The position numbers were made by a program, and so were the translations under genes. A DNA stretch of 63,608 nucleotides, counting the filler, from Corallochytrium limacisporum Hawaii (taxonomy: Eukaryota > Protista > Pluriformea): assembly GCA_002811645.1 (NCBI GenBank). It is 5 parts of 5 records of this genome, joined end to end, with 100 filler letters (N's around TTAATTAATTAA, not from the genome) between each part and the next. Parts side by side here need not be neighbours in the genome. Positions count along the whole stretch, not along the records: positions 33,903 to 49,830 come from PDIP01000198.1; positions 49,931 to 58,638 come from PDIP01000195.1; positions 58,739 to 63,608 come from PDIP01000005.1; 2 more parts are not named here. One strand, written 5' to 3'. Under the pieces are notes generated by a model. It was not told where the DNA came from and did not search any database. It saw only the letters and a list, made by a program, of their open reading frames with translations. Of this stretch, positions 48,801 through 59,359 are shown one piece after another. The first letter of the stretch is position 1. Every line of letters starts with the position of its first letter.

Positions 48801-51232
48801 CACCAGGTTTACACGACGCACACTAGCTGAATCCCAGGAGGCACCGACGAACACCTTACGTACGGGCACCCAACGTGGACCTGGCGTGGACTGTGCAACT
48901 GTTTCTCTGACAGTCTCGTCGGTGTATCCATTGGCAGAGCATACCGTAGGGGGGACCTCCAGGGGAGTCTGTGCGGAAGGAGTGGGGAATCTGAGCAGCA
49001 ACTTTCGAAAAATATTTCCCGAGCAGAGGCGAATAATTTGCCCCGCTGTGGTAACCCGCTATCTTCGTGCTGTTTCCGGTAGTTCAATTTACGGATCATA
49101 CAGCTACTCGTCAGTGTGGACGGACAAAAACTGTCTGGCCACACGGGTCGCCCTGAAATCGCGACGGGGTGAGCGCCACAGACAGCACCAACAAAAACAG
49201 GGCCGAGCGTGAGTGTGAACCAGATGAGATTGTGACCATGGTCGCTTGAGATCTGCCTCAGGGGGTTTCATGTGCGATTGTTTCGCCTTTCTTCCCAACT
49301 GTTGTCGTTTGTGTCCAGAGTCGTGTGCCAGCAGAAGGGCGGTGGACCGAGAGTTAAGTTTTGTCCCAGGGTTTTACCCCGGTGGAAGTGAATTTTGATT
49401 ACGTTCCAATACCACAACTAGATCAGTTCTCATCGTCGATCCCATCCTGGGTATCATGCCGAGTATTTCTATTCGTTGGCAGTCATTGTCGAGAACGAAT
49501 GAATGCGCTTTGCGGCTCCCTTGGTGACCGTTCGGTAATTACCTATCCACAGTGTACTTGCGTCTTTGTATATACCAACTATAGAATTTCTCAGATGAGC
49601 CAGCAAAAACACGTATACAAACTGCCTAAGGTGATGATACAGAAGTTCCGCAAAATCTTTCAGGTTAATCGCTCGTGGAAAGCCCACGAAGGTGGTACAC
49701 GATAGAGTAGAAGTATTGTATGTAGGAGCACAGTTGCATAAAAGTGCAGTCACTAATGCAAACTTTCTACGGCGAGACCAAACCCAAAGAAACAAAGGGG
49801 AAATTAGATGGTCGCAGCGGGGGGAGGGGGNNNNNNNNNNNNNNNNNNNNNNNNNNNNNNNNNNNNNNNNNNNNTTAATTAATTAANNNNNNNNNNNNNN
49901 NNNNNNNNNNNNNNNNNNNNNNNNNNNNNNCCCTCCCCCCCCCCCGCGGGGGGCGCGGGGGCCCATTCCCTCCCGCTCTCCAAGCGTTCTTCGTCCTTGT
50001 TTTTATTTTTCGTTCTAAGTTGGTGTCCCCCGCAGGTGATCTCAGTGGTCGGGGAAATTATTCAGAATACCATATTGCGTCTGGAAAACCTTGCAATGTA
50101 TATTATACTTCCATCAACCCGTCAGGAGACAGATTCCTAAGAGGAGGTTTGCTTACCTGCCTGCCTTGGGAGCGGGGGAGGAGAAGGAGAAGGAAGAATA
50201 AAGGGGGGGGGGGNNNNNNNNNNNNNNNNNNNNNNNNNNNNNNNNNNNNNNNNNNNNNNNNNNNNNNNNNNNNNNNNNNNNNNNNNNNNNNNNNNNNNNN
50301 NNNNGGAGAAGGAAGAATAAAGGGGGGGGGGAGAGAGAGAGAGAGGGGAGGAGGGGGAATGGGCAGACATTCTTTCTCTACTCGGTGCCCCGTTCTGCGC
50401 AAGAACCAACCAACCCTCCCGGCTCTCTCTGTCTCTCTCTCCTCTCCCCCCGCTGCCCCGCCGTCGGTTTCAAAACCGTGCCGCCCTCGTGGAGTGGTCT
50501 GATCGGAAATGGATCAACCACGGACAATATTGTAAATACCTATCTTCCCCGTCCGGTAGATTTTGTATGAATATCGCCAGAAGATAAGGATAAGGGAGGT
50601 ATATACCTCCGCCACCAGAACCGAAGGAAGTGGTCCCCGGTCTCCTTCCATCTTTTTTTTGGGTCGGTGGAAGGGAGGGTAGGGGAGGGAATCGGTGTCC
50701 GCCACGGATGCTCCCGGGCGGCCCTCCGGCGGAGGGGGGAAGAAGGGCGGCGGACCAAAGACCGAGGATAGACCCGAGACCATTTTCCGTTTGCGTTGCA
50801 TATTTCACTTAGTGCGTCAAAGCAAGCTTCACAAGGTACTTTTGCAAGGTGTGAGGTGTAGGTCCTAGAACGTTGAATGGCTCAAACTAGCATTGAAATC
50901 AACTGCTGAGAAAAGCAAGAGTATAGCAGAGAAGCACACAGGCAGTGAGACCCTGTCCGAGTCCTTTGTTAAACAAGAGAACATTTTAAGGCAACGAGTG
51001 CGGCTGGTGAAGTAGAGACAGTTTTTAATCTGAAACGGTATTAGATAGAGGGACATTACGGTAATGTCATAGTGACAGGCACTTCAATTTTGCTGTTCGT
51101 AAGGAAAGAAGGGAAAGACAGGAATACCCAAGTGGTTTGAAAGCAGAGAACAGGGACATTTACCCCCACAAAGTAGACTTATTTGATCCGTATTGGAAGA
51201 CATAAAGTCTGATTTGTAAAAAGAAAATAAGC

Positions 51233-51442
51233 ATGAGATTCACTCCCATTGCCCGCGCTGCTCGTAGTGTCGCCCGTGCTGCGGCCAAGAGCGCGGAGTC
51301 CGATTCAATGGCCATTCGTCGCGCCGCATCCAAGGCGGCTGCGCGCCAGGTCAACGAGGAAAAGAAAGAAACCAACGAAAAAGATGCCGAGTGGGTTGAA
51401 TTACAACGTAATCTCAACGACCTGGAGAACAAGATGCTGTGA
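51233..51442 (+). CDS. Small hypothetical protein, probably mitochondrial
   Basis: 69 aa; Arg/Ala amphipathic N-terminus, C-terminal coiled coil, GC3-rich coding-like codons, A-rich leader. Confidence 0.55.
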   Translation: MRFTPIARAARSVARAAAKSAESDSMAIRRAASKAAARQVNEEKKETNEKDAEWVELQRNLNDLENKML

Positions 51443-52317
51443 CTAGACGATGGTAACACTACGACCTGTCACAAGGTCAATGTCGCGGAGGCACAGATTG
51501 AGCTGCTGGAGCGAACGCGGGCCCAGTCACCCCATAATGAGAGCATGGGCAGGAAGGCATGACATTTGGATGGGTTTCAATGATCTCAACGTCTTTTTGT
51601 TGTGACAGAGATCAGGAGAATGATAGGAGAGAAAGCTCGGATCTCGGGCCTCCCGACCTACAGAGAGAGAGAGAGGGAGAGCCTCCTCGGGGATACTTCT
51701 TGTCTTCTCTCATTCTCAGGTTGAAATTCATTTCGGTCATACCACTGTCCCCTTCGCAAACGAAGCTACGATGCTTGAACCACACGTTCATCACACCACA
51801 CGCACACTTCTCCGCGACATGTTGAAGCCAATGAGCTCTTCAACTGGAGACCGATCCTCTCCATCTACACATCAAATCCATTCCAATCAATCGGAAGAAA
51901 AACATTCAACAGACATCCGGAGACTTTTTCTTTTAGCATCAATCGCCCATTAGCATCGAAAAGCCAAATACAACATGAAAAAAAGCTGTTCACAACAAGA
52001 CTTTCGTTTATAAGACCGTCCCATAGGTAACATTCACTGGGGGTGCTTCTTTACGAGAGAATACTACATGTTTTAATGATTTACGATAGAACTAAAAGAT
52101 GCAAACGAACCATGATTGTTAAAACGAACTATGAAATGGTAGAGTTGATTGAAAACACATGACCACTAACCACACAAGGTGAGGACATGGCCATGACACC
52201 AGATTTGGAGTTTGTCTACAACATGGTTGGTCTTGAGTATTTCTCGCTTCCATTGAAGAGGTATAAACTCACTTGTCAAACGACAACATTCGGAGCTTCT
52301 ACATCGAAGAGACCAAT

Positions 52318-53663
52318 TTAGGCATCGTTCTTCTTGATGTACTCCTGGATGACGTCGTATTCAGCAGTGTTAGCCTTGCCCCAGTTCTGTAAAAGAGTGA
52401 AAAGAAAGGTGTGTCGTAAAACATTAACAAGAGTTAGTATGACATGATCGACTGTGCAGGATGTAAACACAACAGATGTTGTCAGACGTAATGGCATCAA
52501 ATTAACTTCGGCCATGGTCATGTGTCTCTCTCCATAAACTGTGTCATGGAATGGGCAGGCGAAAATGGTCTTGATGATAGCATCAGACAAAATAATCGAT
52601 TCCGGTAAAATGCATTTTCTTCAAATCCAAAGATCGGAAGAGGGAGCATTGTTTGTCATCAGTTACAAACCTGCCATTTGTTGTTCACCAATTCCAGACA
52701 ATCAAAGCTGCGGATACACAAAAGCCATGATCATTAAGCATATTCACAAGACATCATTTCGTCCCATCAACACCTGCCATGCAGGGTCTTTAGGTTCACT
52801 TACCTTGATGACGGCGACACCACAGCCGACAACCTTGCGGGCGTTGCCCTCAGGGTCGATCTTGCAGAGACCGCACCACTCACCGAGCTGCTTGGACTCT
52901 TCAACCTTGATCAGAGGGATCTTGTGCTCACCGCACAGGGCCTCGACCAGCTTGATGTAAGCAGGCTCGTCAATGTTCTGGGCCAGGATGCACAGATGAG
53001 CGGCACGGCTATCGAGAGCCTTGGCGCATTCGTGCAGACCACGGACGAGACCATCGGCAACCAGAGCATTCTTGATCACCTTCTGCAGGGCCTCCATAAC
53101 GTCCATCTTAGCCTCTCCGCCGGTAGCGGCAGCAACCACATCTCTGTAGAATCAAAATAGCGATGACAAAAGAACAGTAAAGTTAGTAAAGTCTGTGTGA
53201 TAACCCCGAAGTGTAAAGTTGATCTACATTCAACATCATGTTAACAATGCAAGAAGAAGAGAGAGAGAGTATGGAATGTGACCAAAGGAGAACAGTGATA
53301 TTTGAGTCTCTCATGTGACCTGAAGAGAGATCCAAACTAAGAGCCCCGAGGCCTTATTCTGTGAATCGAAAGTCTTACCGTTCGTTTTTCCGTCAGGTAA
53401 TACATGCAAAAATCCATCAGGGTTCAGCCGAAAGATGGTGATTTGATTCTTTTCATCATTGAAAAACAAAGCGGAATAAACAATATCCCCGAATTTTGGT
53501 GTATCAAATTCAACACAACCCACTATCACATCTAAGGGCCCCGATCTCTATTTCAGTCACTCTCACAACTCCTCGATCACCATGTATCCTTCCTTTACAT
53601 TGCCTACATTGTTGTCAGTAAGATCAACAGTGATGATATGAAAAGTACTTACCCGTCCGCCAT
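52318..53663 (-). CDS. RPS12: 40S ribosomal protein S12 (eS12), 3 exons: 53663-53653, 53143-52804, 52386-52318
   Basis: Spliced product [26 protein letters not shown]...[11 protein letters not shown]|[22 protein letters not shown]. Both introns have GTAAGT donors, TACTAAC branch points and ACAG acceptors, and the frame is preserved. Confidence 0.97.
52583..52662 (-). ncRNA. SNORD100: Box C/D snoRNA, SNORD100-like (18S Gm436-equivalent guide), in RPS12 intron 2
   Basis: Minus strand cTGATGA-CAAACAAT-GCTCCCTCTT-CCGA(D')...TTGAAGA(C')...ACCGGAATCGA...CTGA(D); guide complementary to 18S AGAGGGAGC; flanking stem AATGGCAGG/CCTGCCCATT. Confidence 0.8.
53393..53459 (-). ncRNA. SNORD51: Box C/D snoRNA, U51/snR39-snR59-like double guide, in RPS12 intron 1
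   Basis: Minus strand ATGATGA-AAAGAATCAAA-TCACCATCTTTCGG-CTGA-ACCC-TGATGG-ATTTTT-GCATGTATTAC-CTGA; 14-nt complement to LSU CCGAAAGATGGTGA and 10-nt complement to SSU TAATACATGC. Confidence 0.9.
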
Positions 53664-53785
53664 GTTGGATTTCCTTAATGGGCTGCTTCAAAATACTATT
53701 GAAAGAAAACTCTTGCTGTGTGAGGAATTCACAAGCTTAATGTTGATGTGAACTTCCAAAGGTTCTGTTCCTCGGATCACTCTTA

Positions 53786-53797
53786 TTCTTAAATACC
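53786..53797 (-). promoter_or_regulatory. TATA-like core promoter element (GGTATTTAAGAA) upstream of RPS12
   Basis: Identical 12-mer at 3506-3517 upstream of the protease gene, same orientation and similar distance from the ATG; CCAAT box at ~53847. Confidence 0.45.
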
Positions 53798-54591
53798 AAT
53801 ATCCGATATCCCCTGTAAGTGCTATGACAATAGAAAGGGAACCCTTATTGGCTACAGGTAACCAGAGTTGCCGGCCAACAGATTATCCAGGGTACTGTAT
53901 ATGTTACCAAAGGCTTAAGGCTTGAGAATGGTCCAGCATTCGCTACACCCCTAGGTACCGTCGCAGCCTTTGAGACCCACACGTAGTACTCCTGCAGTAC
54001 TGGGGCATGTCCCCATGTGAACGGTGCGGCGGACCCACCCGGTACACTCGCTATCGAGCACCCAAATGTCTGTAGTACTTTGACTATACAGCCAAACGAA
54101 CTGCAGTACGTTCAATACCGAAGGCCCTCATAGTATGTTCACTATTAAAAGAGACCCTCGTAAGGTCACTGAAATTAGTCAATTAGTTGTGTGTGTTTTC
54201 TTGATTTTGCAATACTTTGACTACCGATCGAAGCACCTGCTCCCCTACCAGCAGGGGGCCCCAAACCTGAGGCCCTTTCGCGGCCAAAAAGCATGCGGGC
54301 GATTGCAACCATTGTGTGTGAAAATTCCCTCAACTTCTAGGGCTCCGGATATAAATATGGCCGCCTCCCCGCCTTCCCGGTCTCGTTAGTCGGGCGATCC
54401 GAGCAATATCCATAGAGTGGCTATGGCTGCAATAGTGAAACTACTGATGTTTTGACGATTGCGCCCAGTTGTCGCGCGGGTCACGGGGCGGACAGCCAAC
54501 GGGCCGCTGTCAGCGACTTGTGCAACTCCAGAGCAAAACTCTTGTTTCCGAAGGTATTTCTAATCCCGAGAAATATGATGAGTGCAGTTAA

Positions 54592-54810
<219 letters not shown>

Positions 54811-54982
54811 GCGCAGTTGTGACAATAAAATTGCATAGCGTCGTAGCATTAGAGCAAGGCAATCAGAGTTACCAAGCATGAGCCAGTGTATGAAGATTTG
54901 TTGTCGTCTTTATTGTCTATGTTTTTGTTTTTCCTACATATATATGTTCGTTTGTGCCGTTTTTGTTTTTAAAGCCCCTAAA

Positions 54983-55942
54983 CTACGTTGAGCGAATAGG
55001 CCGCCAGAAGCAACGCACCAGGAAGTATTCTTTGCCGCGGATGATGACGGAGTCCGGAGTCCAAATAATACTAGACCACTCTAGGTCATCTTCCAGTACC
55101 TCAACCTCCGTGCCATCCTTCATTGGAATGGTTGCCTCGCTCAGCCATGCCAAGTCATGTTTCTGAGGATCCAGATCTGCCGCCCAGCGGTACTTCACAT
55201 ACTGGTCCTTGGAGTCATTGCCACCATAGGACTTCATGCTCAGTTCGTACCGAACTTGGGTAGACTCCAGGTACAGGACCTCCTTCCGAAAGCGGTAGGC
55301 AGTCCATTCCTTCATGGAAGTGCCACGGTCAGCAATAATTTGTGTGAGATACTTGAGGCTGGGATCGTTGGAATTGTTGAAGTTGATTGTGACGTGGTGC
55401 AGGAACTCACCGAATTCCATATTCTTGCCCCTGCGCTTGGCCAGTTGCTTGCGCCGCTTGTTGCGGTCCCGTCGCGCAAAGATCAATTCTTTCTCCTTTG
55501 TTTCAATGGAATTGAGCTTGATTGGGTACACGGTCTTCACGGAAATACTGCACCCGTCATGCTCAGCCCACCGACGTGACCGATAGCCACGTTTTGCGCT
55601 GGCCTGGTACACCTTCTTTGGAGGCAAGATGTTTAGCTTCACCACCAAATCATCAACCGGTGGCTCTTCTCCAAGAATAAAGAAACCCGAGTGCGCAAGG
55701 ACAGCAATAATATCTGAGTCGTCTGTATAGATTTCCTGTCCCCAAACCTGACGCTCAACAACACGGTCATGGTGGGCTGTCAGGTACTTGGCGGGTACCC
55801 GGACTTCAAGCACTTGGCCGATGTGGTCGGTCAGATCGGGCAAGAGCTCTCCCGGACTATAAGTCCACGGCTTCAATGTTTCCTTAGGGAGCTGTGGCAG
55901 CTCCCGCGGATCAATAGGCTTCATTTTCTTTGCCGCCAACAT
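54983..55942 (-). CDS. RXT3: Rxt3/HDC1-like histone deacetylase complex subunit
   Basis: RQVWGQEIYTDDSDIIAVLAHSG and YRSRRW Rxt3 motifs; HDC1-like C-terminal half. Confidence 0.85.
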   Translation of the reverse strand: MLAAKKMKPIDPRELPQLPKETLKPWTYSPGELLPDLTDHIGQVLEVRVPAKYLTAHHDRVVERQVWGQEIYTDDSDIIAVLAHSGFFILGEEPPVDDLVVKLNILPPKKVYQASAKRGYRSRRWAEHDGCSISVKTVYPIKLNSIETKEKELIFARRDRNKRRKQLAKRRGKNMEFGEFLHHVTINFNNSNDPSLKYLTQIIADRGTSMKEWTAYRFRKEVLYLESTQVRYELSMKSYGGNDSKDQYVKYRWAADLDPQKHDLAWLSEATIPMKDGTEVEVLEDDLEWSSIIWTPDSVIIRGKEYFLVRCFWRPIRST

Positions 55943-56781
55943 CGTTCAAAACCTGGAGTTCGTTTGAGTAAAAGAACTAAACTTTTCCCGGGCGTTTCCG
56001 TCTTAACAAACTGGATTCCGCAACTGTTATGCTACAAAGAAATTGGATTTCAAGTAGCCGTTCTATTTCAGTTACATGGAATTATTAACAGAGCCACTCA
56101 GCATAGTGACATGAATCCTTGGAACGATAGTACAACCAAGAGGTCACAAACTAAAACTGGGGTTTGACTACTCTGGCCTTGGAACTCGCCACAAGCTCGG
56201 ACTCTCATGCCAACGGGAAGGAATACGGTGGGCCGGAGAAAAGCGCCAGTACCGGTGGTGTGTAACCTGTGCACAGCAAAACCGGCTCACAACTGTTTCT
56301 GTGCCCATTGTTTTGGCTTTGTGGCGGGAACGCCAGAGCCGGAGGGAACTCTCCCGCGAGACATACACGGAGGGAGGGAGAAAGAGACTGACAGACGGAC
56401 TCATAGGGGAACACAGGGAGAGAGAGACAGGGAGAGAGTGGGAGAGGAGAGTGAAAGAGGAAGCCTTCTTGTCCCGTTCGTGCCACCATCGCAGATGTTT
56501 TCTGCTTGGCACAGGAACCCCTCTTCCCAGAGGGAGGAGCGGGAGGCACGCACAAGCCGGGAGGGAGGGACAAAGGGACTCGAGCCGACAATCCCTTTGC
56601 CGTAGGAGGTCAGTCCCCTGCCTTTGCTCCAAAGCTGACATCACATGGACAATGTAACAATTGCGTTCTGAAGTCATACTATTGAGCGTTGAGCTTGCAT
56701 TCCAATCGATCAGAGGTCGGTTCAGTTGGATGTGCAGAGTCTATGGTACAGAGTATATGTTTAATCTTATGTGCAAGGTCC

Positions 56782-57165
56782 TCACGGTCGTCGCACCGGC
56801 TTGCCTTTGGCCAGTCCTTTGCCCTGCAGGATCATCTTCTGTCGTTCCACGCTAATACGGTCATTCATCGCCCGTTCAAAATCGCTTACGGCTGATTCTT
56901 CGTCGTCCGGTTTGTCCGGTTTGTCTTTCTGGAGCTGTTCCTTCTCCAAGGGAACCGCATTAGGTGGTAATTTACCACCCTCATACCCATGTAGCTTCCT
57001 CAGATCATCCAAAGACTTATTCACTGCCTTGGCATACCCAGGATCGTCCGTTTTGCGGAATATTCGAGTACTGACCGAGATCCATCGCCGGACTAATGGG
57101 GCATTGGGTCGTCTGCTCACCAATCTTGATTGTGGGGTGGCAATCAGTTTGATAAGGCTGCTCAT
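56782..57165 (-). CDS. Hypothetical protein with mitochondrial presequence-like N-terminus
   Basis: 127 aa; Arg/Ser-rich, acid-free N-terminus with RRWISVS cleavage-like site; charged body. Confidence 0.55.
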   Translation of the reverse strand: MSSLIKLIATPQSRLVSRRPNAPLVRRWISVSTRIFRKTDDPGYAKAVNKSLDDLRKLHGYEGGKLPPNAVPLEKEQLQKDKPDKPDDEESAVSDFERAMNDRISVERQKMILQGKGLAKGKPVRRP

Positions 57166-57604
57166 AGTTCTTTAAATTGTATAGATGACATATTACAATC
57201 CCCATGCAACGATGGAACAGGGGTAACTTGTACTGAAACCATGCTGATTGGCGAGCTTTCTTGCCCCCAGGTACCCGACCACAGCCCCACATTCTTACTA
57301 CGCCAGCTTCACAGGGCCGCGGGGTCCCTTTTCTTTCGAGTCGCCTCCCCGACCCGCCCTCTGTGTGCCTGTCCTCCCCTATTGAAATCTAATTCTGCGC
57401 GAAGAATTTCGGAAGGGAAGGAAAGTTACGTTTTCACAGTAACTTACCCGACATAAATGGGGCAGACCCGCTGAAGAGTAGGAAAGGCTTCCGCCGTCTC
57501 GCGCGGTTTTTGGTACTTGAGGCCACTTCTGGCCCTTCGTTTCTGTCAGCCACTAATTGGCATGAAAGACATCAAAATGGACCTGCGAAATAGCACAGTT
57601 CACC

Positions 57605-58308
57605 GTGGTGGACGGAGGCGAAAGCCCAGGTAAGTATGACCTGGAATCCTTTGAGACAACTTCGTTGAGTGACGACGTTAATAACATGAGTCCCAATGAC
57701 CAAATGAACCAGACAGAGGACTATGATGAGTACGGAAGACCTGTTCAAGTTGCTGAGCCGGAGGCCGGCGGTTGGATCACGGAGGGAGTGGACATTGAAG
57801 AAGGTGACCGGCCGGGTGCACCAGAGGGCGATGTTGCAATTGAAGAGTACGTTGTCGAGGGCAAGTTGTCACCGAAGGCCAGGGCCGGCGTCCAGCCCAT
57901 GGAGCCCTTGCAGCCCACCGTAGCTCTGGAACTAAAGGCTTTCGACAGTCACAAAGTAAGACTTGCCAAACACCGGGCTAGGGGAGCCGGTGCGAAGTTG
58001 GAACGTATTGCCGCCGCAGTGCAGATGATGTGTACGACTGGGGCATGGCAGGCCGCCCCAAGCTGAACCTCATAGATGCCAATGAACAGGACCCATTCGG
58101 AGATGGCCCAGGCTTCGGGCACCAGGACTGCCGTGCGTTGCCACTCCTGCCTCCCCGTGCCTATCTTTGGCGAAGCCCACGGACAGGAGGATGCAGAAGG
58201 CAAGCCCAAGAGTCGCCTGAGCAAGACAGCTTTCATGATGATGAAGAAGGACCGGCGATGTGTCATCCCATTAGCAGATATATAAATAAATGGCAAGCTC
58301 ACCAGTAG
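57605..58308 (+). pseudogene. Acidic low-complexity hypothetical coding region, apparently frameshifted or spliced
   Basis: Overlapping coding-like ORFs 57605-58066 and 58030-58308; no recognisable domain. Confidence 0.3.
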
Positions 58309-59359
58309 TAACCTTAATACACTCTATCTACTGCGCATCATGCAATTCGATACCGGAGCAACCAACTCTCCCACGGGGAATACCTGGAACGACTGCTGGT
58401 TGTCCTGTTTTTATTGGGTTGTTTTCCATTTCAGAGATGTTGGGGAAATAGTGAACGAGGGGGAGGGGGGGGGATATATCGATGCAGGTAACTATGTGCA
58501 CAAACCAAGGGACACGATAGTTGGCACATTTTGTATCGATGTTTGCGACGGCGAGAGCCAACCCAATTGGATGAGCCAATGCCGCACGGATCCGAACGGA
58601 CCGGTCGTCAGAGTAAAACCCCTCCCCCCCCCGGGGGGNNNNNNNNNNNNNNNNNNNNNNNNNNNNNNNNNNNNNNNNNNNNTTAATTAATTAANNNNNN
58701 NNNNNNNNNNNNNNNNNNNNNNNNNNNNNNNNNNNNNNCGGGAGTTGAAATATCTGGCATGGTTGCCGACCAACTTGTCCCGAGTCGAGTACAACAAACG
58801 AATCAAATATTGCAGCAAGTTTAACATCTTCATTGCCATGATCAAACTCCACGTCTTCAAAACAGTCCCATTTCATTGGTGATTTAGCTGCGGATCGTCT
58901 TATATACGTTGCATTTGCCTCAGACTTGGGTCAGAGAGGGTTTCGGGGTCGCTGAGTTCGAATTTGAACTCGGTTGGCGCGAATTTCTCCCTCCCTCCTT
59001 ATTCCGGTTGATTAAATGTGATTTGGAGCAATATTTCGACGCAGAGGATAGTACTTTCTTTCCTTCGATCGTGGAAAATGGCCTCTCCCTTTCCCACCTG
59101 GGCTTTGCCTTGCAGAGGCCGAAGGTTGGGGAGAAATATCGGTCCCGATCCTCTTTCGGCCCCTGCCCTGGGGCCCACCGTAACGATCCATGCCGCTGAG
59201 GGAGGCGGGTGATGGAAGTGCAAACCAGACCATGGAGACCTTATACTGTCCGGCAATGAGAAAAGAAGGACACAATGGATGAGCAAATTGGAAATGAGGT
59301 GCGAAGCTTGCCCTCCTATGAATGTGAGAGCCTATGTTTAATTGTACAAGGGTATGTGA

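Noticed and set aside
50178-50330. GGAGAAGGAAGAATAAAGGGGGGGGG on both sides of an N gap
   Set aside because: Likely an unmerged assembly overlap at a poly-G run
52744-53139. Single-exon RPS12 as given by the ORF track
   Set aside because: Runs into intron 2; the spliced three-exon model restores the conserved ends
53528-53539. 12-nt complement to 18S (ACATCTAAGGGC) in RPS12 intron 1
   Set aside because: On the non-transcribed strand with no proper C/D frame; plausible by chance
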